Assembly (NCBI RefSeq): GCF_006345805.1
Contig: NW_021833267.1
Span: 14,534 to 78,533 of the forward strand
Length of the DNA: 64,000 nucleotides
From: Octopus sinensis
Taxonomy: Eukaryota
Direction: 5' to 3'
Shown here: positions 54,871-64,000 of the stretch, piece by piece
How positions within the stretch are numbered: position 1 is the first letter of the stretch
Layout: the number at the start of each line of letters is the position of its first letter
The notes under the pieces: model-generated
What the model saw: only the letters and a program-made list of their open reading frames with translations
What the model was told of the DNA's origin: nothing
Database searches by the model: none
Program-made: the position numbers and the translations under genes

Positions 54871-56735
54871 ATGTCTAGAAATTTTATTGTTGAACGCTGG
54901 TCGCGTTCTTTTATGGAACAAATTTTCCTAGTCTGGAAACGACAGAGAAAAAAAAGAACGTTCGCACGGAAAATGCCAACGTAAAATTCGGTGAAATGAA
55001 CGCTGCAACCACGTGCGTTAACAGCCCTGTCACCACCGCCACCACCACCACTAACAACAGCAACCACGAGACAACAACTGCTACCACCACCACCTCCACC
55101 ACCACTACCACGACCAACATAAATGATTAAAATAAAACTGAAACGAAAACTATTGACAAAAACAACAGCAACAACAAGAACAACAATAAAAATGAACTAT
55201 CTAATAGTGAAGATGCCAATACAAAAAAGTCAACAACAGTAAATTTCGCAGACATTCTTCGCCAGAAAATGGAGATTGTTACATTCACAAATGAAGAGCT
55301 CATAGAAACAAGAGCTCTCTTTACAACCCGTGGACAAGATTTAGTCCTGCATACACCTCAACATATAAAACAAGAAATAGAAAATAAGACAATTGTATAT
55401 AAAATTATTAGAAAAAACAAAACCAAATGAACAGATTACAAAAACTGATGTGGAGAAATGTTTAAAAAACATAATGAAAGAAAAAGAGTATATAAACTGG
55501 GGTCCCCAGTTTAACACAGTAGTGGTCCGCTTCCCTAACCAGGAAGTGGCAAAAGCTCACTCTACTGAGTCTCTGGGAATGATGAAATCATCATGGTCCC
55601 TTATTATAAAAACCAGAGGGTGAGTAGAATTACTATCAGAAATGTACCCCCCGATATGCCGAACAAATGGATAACAGGGGCAATCTGTTACCACTTGAAA
55701 AAGATCAATATTCTAGAAACAGCCGTGTACCTAAACGACAATTGGGGTGGAAAAACAGTAGTAGTGACCATCCAGATTGAGGGGGCCTCTATCGAGAGCC
55801 TACCCGACAAGATATACTTGGAGAATGGGCAATGCCTATATGTTATGGCAGAAGGCAAAAAGCCTAGATGCTACAAATGTGGCAGCCCCGAACATTTGAT
55901 TGCCAAGTGCGATCTGGTACAGAAAAAAACAAGAAAGTACAATTCAGAAAACAAATAAAATCCCTTTGTTGCCAACACCAACACCAACACACTCAATTAT
56001 GGAACAACGCCAAGAAAAACAACAAACCAGCAAACAAACCCCAACAACATCACCAAGAAAAACAGTACCAACACAATCACCGTTGACGTCACAACCAATT
56101 AAACTTGTTGAATCTTCAAAAAATCGACCCACACCCACACCCAGGACGACAATTAAAAAGACAGAAAACACTGACGAGAAGACAAATGCTACCCCTAACA
56201 CCACAACAACACAAACACCGCACAAAACATCAACAATTTATACAAGCATACATAGTGATCCTGTTCTTTTTCCTCTACCCCATACTGATACCTCGGACGA
56301 CGAAAGTTCGACGGAATGGCAAATAGCCACAGGGGGTAAAAGAAAAAGATCCAAAAATCCACCAAACAAGGAATTAAAGCAGGGAGATATCTCACTCAGG
56401 ACAACATTCCCCTAGACAATCAAAAAAGTAATGAACCCGTAAAACCACACACACAACTAACTGCAATAGACACAGACAATAAAGAATTAATGGACTACAT
56501 CAAATCTAACATGGTCGTCTGTGAAGATGATTTTAAGACAAACAATCATCCGCACACCACACCACCGAAACACATCAGAATTTTACACATAACACAAGCA
56601 CAACACCACATACTGAAAACATTATTTCCGAATGCGGTAGGCGGGTATCAACGATACCTGTCGAAAAAACTATACAAACACCTCATCAAAAACGATACAA
56701 AAGAAGAAGAAGAAAAAATGAAACTTTTAAAATGA
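54871..56735 (+). pseudogene. LINE ORF1 (gag-like), frameshifted
   Basis: ITIRNVPPDM..LYVMAEGKKPRCYKCGSPEHLIAKC (CX2CX4HX4C), with T/N/Q-rich low-complexity flanks. Start position is approximate. Confidence 0.8.
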
Positions 56736-56809
56736 GTAAGTGACCTCACTTCTTGCCTCTTGTCTCTTCTAATATAGTGTGTAAAACACAATTTTCGTAA
56801 TTGTCAAGT

Positions 56810-59800
56810 ATGCTTAAATTAGGTGTGTGAATGCGCGTGGCTTGGCGTCGGCTTGGAAGCAAGGTTACCTTCTAAACGACATCAAGTCACTGGACGTGGA
56901 TATAGTAGCTATCAGCGAAACCAGACTCAGTAAGCCGCGGCCCTCGAGTCCATGTTTGGCAATCAATTTGACATTTATTTTTCTCCCTGTCTGCCGAACA
57001 TGGGTGGTGGAGGTACTGCGGTGCTTTTTCGAAATAGTCTAAAGGTAAAAGTAAGAGCATATTCCTAGACCCGGAGGGTAGGCTGGTTGTCTTGGACGTG
57101 GATGGCAGAAATGGGTGTGCATTCCGTCTGATGGCAGTTTATGCACCGTCCTTAACGGGTCGGGCGGATTTCTTCAGACGTCTAGAGGTTTTCCTGGGTA
57201 CGTCTAGACCTTTACTGTTAGTAGGGGATTGGAACGCTACCTTGGACACGCATCTAGATTATGTGGGAAGGGATAGGAATAGAAGGGGGTGTAAGAGCCT
57301 CAAAGACCTGCTCAGACGTTTCCATTTGTCTGACAGGTTCCGACTCGACCATCCGAACGTGCCAACGTGGACTTGGACAAACCGCGTCAGATCGTCGAGA
57401 TCTTATCTAGATAGAATTCTATGCAGGACAGCGGATAGGGATAGTGTAGGATGTCCACAATTTAAAATAGTCAGCTACACAGATCACAAATTTGTTACGT
57501 GTACGCTCGACTTAGATAAAACACATAGGCAGGGTCCCGGTTACTGGAAACTGAACACGTCGCTGTTAGCGCGACAGGTTTACAGGAACCGGATTAGCGA
57601 GTTAATTAAGAGGGCGCTGACGGGAGCGGTCGTTAACAACCGCTGGTGGTACGCCCTGAAAATGGCAATAAAATCGGAATCAATTAGGTTTAGCAAGGAA
57701 TTAGCGATAGAACGAAATAGAGTAGAGGGAGACTTAGTTAAGAAACTAGAAGAGGCACTTACCACTGGCAGCGCAACCAACGTGCTAGCTGCGAGGATGG
57801 CCCTCGACCAACACCTCAACGCCAAGCTCGAAGGTTGCGTCGTCAGAGCTAAAATGCGTGCCTTAAGGAACGAAGGGATTGAAGCTGCGCGAGAGGCCCG
57901 GGTAGCGGAGGCGCAGCGTGGCAACAGATCAACCATTCGGTCTCTAATAGATCAACAGGGATGCAGTTTACTCGAACCCGAAAGGATGTGTGAGGCCTTT
58001 CAATAGCACTTTGCTCGACTGTTTGGTGCGAGTGGTGGGTCGGAACGAGGGATGGATTTCAGTGCCTACCTGAACGACCTGCCGCGGCTCTCGGCAAGAG
58101 AGGCGGAGTGTTGTGAAAGTCCCATCACAGCCGCTGACGTGTGGGATGCGATGGCGGGCTGCGCGAGGGATAAGTCGCCTGGATTGGATGGTTTACCCTA
58201 CGAGCTGTATTGTCGAATGCCAGACTTGTTTGGCGAACTCTTGGCATCAGTCTACTGCAACTGGCAACAAAACGGGAGAATCCCCGGTTTCGTGAGCCGA
58301 GGTGCAGTGACGTTGCTGAAGAAAGACTCAAACAAGGGGATTTTATAGATAATTTCAGGCCCATCACTCTGCTCAACGCAGATTTGAAAATTTTGGCCAA
58401 AGTAATAGCCGAGAGGTTGGCGCTTGTCATTGGTAAACTGGTCGACAGGGCGCAAACATGCGCCGTGCCGGGCAGAACCATACATGACAACCTCCATCTG
58501 ATGCGCTACATTGTGGACAGGGTAGTTAAGGATCCTGGCATGGGTGGGGCGCTGATAAATTTGGATCAGTCTAAAGCCTTCGATAGGGTCGACCATCGGT
58601 ACTTGGCGGCCGTCCTCAGGGCGGCTGGCTTCGGTCCCGTCTTTCGCGGTTGGATCGCTGCCTTGTATAGCGGCATCCGATCGGTGATTCGGGTGAACGG
58701 TCACCTGTCGAAACCGTTTGACATCACGCGTTCGGTCCGTCAGGTGTGTCCCCTGTCGGCGCTTCTGTATGTATTGACTCTCGAGCCGCTACTGCGGAAG
58801 CTGGCGACACTGAGGGGCATCCCACGGGAACTAGGTTGCGGGACGAGCGTGTCGGCATATGCGGACGATGTCACCGTCATAGTGTCGAGCTAGCAGCATA
58901 TCGAGCTGGTCGGCGAGACACTAAGAAAATATGAAACGGTGACGGGAGCAAAGATTAACCCGGAAAAGTCAGTGGGTTTGCTACTCGGCACCTGGAGAAG
59001 CAAGCCCATGCCGTCCGACTGCGGCTCAGTAGTGGGACGCTGGACGGATGGACCGGTTAAATTGCTCGGGGTCTGGTTCAGTCCGGACCTCCAAATGGAT
59101 AAGAACTGGGACGAGATCACGAGTAGAGTGGTCGCTCTCAGCCAAAAATGGGCCGAGAGAAAGCTGTCTCTAAAAGGCCGGGCGGAGGTGGCGAACGCGT
59201 ACATCGCATCCGTCATCGATTACCGCCTGACCGTCGTACCTTGTCCCGACGCCACCATCACCAAACTGGAACGCATACTCTTCCGCTTCCTGTGGAAGGG
59301 TGGCGTTCCGATGGTGAGGAAGTCCATTTGCTGTCAACATCCGTTGAATGGAGGACTGGGCATGCCGTGGTTGATGATGCGCAGGCATGCGCTGAGACTG
59401 CGACATCTCTGGAAATTCATCAACGACGGTAAACAGGTGTGGGCGCCGTTTGTGAGGCGCGACTTCCCGCAGCTCGTCTCACTGACCGAACTGCAAACGT
59501 GGATCAAAAAGAGACCGAAACTGGGCGATTGGCACCGAGAGTGTCGCCAAGCTCTACAGCAGCTCTGCCGACCGGGGTCAAACTTGTGCAACTTCCAAAC
59601 GACTAAAGCGTTCTATAGAGGACTAGTGGAGGGGAGGTCCGACGACACACTCGGGGCAAACCTGGGCGTCGACGAGGAATTCCTAACCCGCCTGTTCAGG
59701 ACGACGTTCGGGCCGGGGCCTATGGATAACTTCCAGAAATCCTGGCTTGGCAGTGCTATCGAGACGCACTACCTGTTCGAGAGAAGAGCTACAGACACGG

Positions 59801-60243
59801 TTCGAAAACCATCACCGGACCGACCTGCCCGAGATGCGGTCAGAGCGACGAAACCGTTCTGCACGCACTCGTGCAGTGTCCAGATATTTCAGAGCTGTGG
59901 TCCTTCGTCGAACAGCTGTTGTCAGTGTAGGTCAGGCTCGCCTATCGGCCGAGTCTATCGTCAATATTGTTCCACCACCTTCCTTTAAACGGGAAGGGAA
60001 AACGGTTTTCGTTACGCTGATGGCTATGGCGAAAGAATGTGTGTGGTGGACGCGTTTGAAAGGACTGCAAACAAACATCTTCCTCTCTGGTCAGTCCCTC
60101 GTCAACTTTTTCAAGTACCACTTGAAAAGGAGGATGAGAATAGAGAGGAAGGCTTTGTCGAACGAATGTTTTTAATAAGTGTGGGTAAAAGTGGCAAAAA
60201 TGGTCAGTATGAAAGACGACACTATTTTAAGCATAAATCTGTA
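56810..60243 (+). pseudogene. LINE ORF2 (APE endonuclease, RT, CCHC), several stops and frameshifts
   Basis: NARGL..AISETRL, VYAP, GDWN, SYLDRI, YTDH, KSPGLDGLP, FRPITLLNADLKILAK, LDQSKAFDRVDH, AYADDV, CPRCGQSDETVLHALVQC. Confidence 0.95.
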
Positions 60244-60547
60244 ACCAAAAGAGACAACGAGAAGTAAGGCGACTTACTCATGTGTTCTTTTTCGAACTGT
60301 CTGAGGTGACCTTGGTCTTTTTTGTAGGTTTTTCTTTCCAAGGCTACACCTAAACTGTGAACCTTATATATATATATATATATTGCTTTTTTATCCACCA
60401 CACAACCCACAGATCTCTATTGATCAAACGGTTTTTTTTTTTTTTTTTTTTTTGCCCCACCCATCCCACCTCGAAAAGAAAAAATTCTACATTGTATTTC
60501 GTCCATTTTTATTCTGTGTTTAGCCCTGTGTGGCTACAATAAAAAGT

Positions 60548-60790
<243 letters not shown>

Positions 60791-60838
60791 GACTGGCTGA
60801 CTTGCTGGCTATCTGTTATGTATATATTTATTATATTA

Positions 60839-60896
<58 letters not shown>

Positions 60897-60924
60897 TTTA
60901 TTATCATTATTATCCTCCTCCTCC

Positions 60925-60961
<37 letters not shown>

Positions 60962-60986
60962 TATCATTATTATCATTATTATTATT

Positions 60987-61925
60987 GAGTGAGAGAGCAG
61001 TGCATGCCATCAAAGTGACACTGGGGTAAAATATACGAAGCCCAATATACCCATCATGACTACCCGTCTGATAAGGGTACACCAGGCACATGCATCACGA
61101 TCACATATTTACGACATGGTGATCTCATATCAAGATAAACAGCGCATGACCTTGCAGTTAGGGGCCCAATTAAAATTTTCATCAGATTGAATAGCCCATG
61201 CTGTCCAAAAGGTCCCAGAATAAGGTTTGTTTAAAAATGATGAACGAACCACCGATGTTTCCAGAGGTGAATTATCCAAACCTCCAAGAATTCCTTTCAA
61301 CACACGCCTATGATGTTCCCCCACCACTTCTGCTTGTGATCAGAGATGCACATATCGTCAGCCAACAAGTGTCATGCTACCTGGTTAAGATGAAATAACT
61401 GACAAGCAAACCTGTGGTGTTGAGTAGAATATTTGCTGTAGCCCATCTTTTATACCAAGACAAAACAATGTACATGATAACACTTCCAGCCAGTTAGGAT
61501 AAGAAGCCACGAGAGCCACTGCCTGGTACTGCATCAGGAGTAGTCTTATCTTTTTCAGGTACTTTGACTGCACTGCAGAACGCAGCTCTGTGTAATTTGG
61601 GTATGTGCAGTGGTTTGTTGTGCTGCTCTTATTTTCAATGTGCTGAAAGTGCTTAATGTACGATGTGTGCGATGTCTAGTAGTGCTACTTTTTGTATGTT
61701 GTATATATTTGTCAATCCTGATGACAATGTTATGTATTTGTCTGAATATCTGTTTTATCATACCTAACGCGCCTACTATGATAGGAATTAATTCTGTTTT
61801 TAGGTTCCACGTTCGAGTTACCTATATTTCCATAGCTTTGTATTTTGAAAGTTTTTCCGTTTCACTTAGAGAAACATTGTCATCAGTTGGTATTGATACA
61901 TCGATTAGAAAGCGTTCTTTACTTG
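60987..61925 (-). mobile_element. 3' end of a second RLE-type LINE family (endonuclease C-terminus plus probable long 3' UTR) ending in (AAT)n/(GAT)n
   Basis: Minus-strand FLIDVSIPTDDNVSLSETEKLSKYKAMEI..WNLKTELIPIIVGALGMIK..NIQKVALL.IAHI parallels the end of the 48811 ORF. Assigning 60987-61565 as UTR is inference. Confidence 0.8.
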
Positions 61926-62740
61926 GTGATGCCCGGAAGCATAGATACCCTCGCTCAAAAAACAAAAAAACACAATAGGCGATTTTCGATATGTGTGTTT
62001 GTGAGAAAATGTCTCCTATTTTGCACTTATTCAAAGTGGACTCACTTTTAATTCGGGAGGTTTACCCTTGGCTTTCTAGGAAGAATATTCTTTATGTTGG
62101 GTCATCATCTTTTGGAGGTGCTGGTAAAATTATTCTAAAGAAACTTTTGTAAATATTCTTAACAGCATATAGATTTTAGTTTCTTTCTATTGAAAAAAAA
62201 ACGTTCTTTAGGATTCCTTAAAAAAAAAACAGAATTCTTCTTCAATAGGGAGCTTTTAAATTTGCTATTAACCTATTGGAATTGAAGATTCTTATCGTTC
62301 TAAAACGTTCTGTCGAAAAGTGCATTATGTCTTTAATTGCTGTAGGATTTTTCTTCGATTAAAGAGCAAAATTTACATTCGCCATTATTTTGCAAGTGTG
62401 ACCCTGAAAAATATAAAGAGAAAAAAAAAACAAGGAAGTAACGCCAGCAAAAAATAGCAAAAATGAAACAAAAAACGAAAGGAAAAAAGAACGATACGCC
62501 CATCTTCTGAGTCTTTGTAGAAAACCAGCGGTTGTCTCTATAAAGTGTAACAAATAAGGCATTTTAGATGGTATGGAAATTTAAACGAAAATAGTTTCAT
62601 CTTTTTTTTTCAATGACATTCCATATGTGTACTCCATCTTATACAGTTATACACGTATACAATTATACATACACATACACACACAAGCACACACACACAT
62701 ATACACATGTATACACACAACATGTATAAAATAAATACAA

Positions 62741-62805
<65 letters not shown>

Positions 62806-62883
62806 TATATACGTGTATGTGTCTATGTATGTATGTATTTGTATATATCCGCGTATATATATATCTACACACAAATAGGGGCA

Positions 62884-63315
<432 letters not shown>

Positions 63316-63514
63316 CGCATTAACGCCTTTTTCATTTTTCTTTCACTATATTTTCTTCTTCTTCTTCTTCTTCTTCTTCTTCTTCTTCTTTTCTTCTTCT
63401 TCTTCTTCTTCTTCTCCTTCTCCTTCTTCTTCTTCTCCTTCTTCTTCTTCTTCTTCTCTTTTTCTTCTTCTACTACTACTATTTCTTCTTCTTCTTCTTC
63501 TTCTTCTTCTTCTT

Positions 63515-63575
<61 letters not shown>

Positions 63576-63764
63576 GTCTTCTTCTTCTTCTTCTTCTTCT
63601 TCTTCTTCTTCTTCTCCTTCTTCCACTTCTTCCACTCGTTTCTCTCCTTTAAAAATGGAACAACGCCTGAAGGAAAATCATCAAGAAATCCTAAAAGGAG
63701 TTTCTTCATTCTTTAACTTCGACTGCGATCGTACGATACACTGATATATTTTATCTGTTTGTCA

Positions 63765-63935
63765 TTTCAGCCATTAGACTGTGGCCATGCTGGGATACCG
63801 CCTTCACTCATTTTTAGTCGAATGCATGGACACCAGTACTTAATCTTGTAAAGCATGGTACTTATTCTAACCGTCTCTGTAAACACACCAACACCGGTTA
63901 TCAAGCTGTGATGGGGGACAGACACAGGCAACACA
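63765..63935 (-). mobile_element. SINE family B, diverged 3' part
   Basis: tttcagccattagactgtggccatgctgggataccgcc..taaacacaccaacaccggttatcaagc. Confidence 0.8.
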
Positions 63936-64000
63936 AACATGTAAATGTTACATACATACAAACATACATACATACATACAAACACATATATATATATATA

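Noticed and set aside
61850-61890. Hammerhead look-alike CTGATGA...GAAAC on the minus strand
   Set aside because: It lies inside RLE endonuclease coding sequence (PTDDNVSLSET) and has no stem II or helix I pairing.

Overview
AT-rich, microsatellite-saturated animal genomic DNA. The SINE families resemble those I recall from Octopus, so a cephalopod origin is likely (inference). I cannot support any host protein-coding gene; most ORFs in the track are translated microsatellites. The interpretable content is mobile DNA: two mariner (DD34D) copies, a full-length but disrupted L1/Tx1-type LINE sitting in an (ATCT)n array, R4/Dong-like restriction-like-endonuclease (RLE) LINEs sitting in (TAA)n, a 5'-truncated Penelope-like element (RT thumb plus GIY-YIG), RTE fragments and three tRNA-derived SINE families. 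Most interesting signals: (1) at least four families of minimal type I hammerhead-ribozyme motifs, most followed by a ~90-140 nt tail ending in (TA)n, one attached to the Penelope-like ORF; (2) each retroelement class apparently associated with its own microsatellite; (3) a SINE whose 3' tail matches the 3' end of the Tx1-type LINE. All structures were folded and aligned by eye, and element boundaries are approximate.
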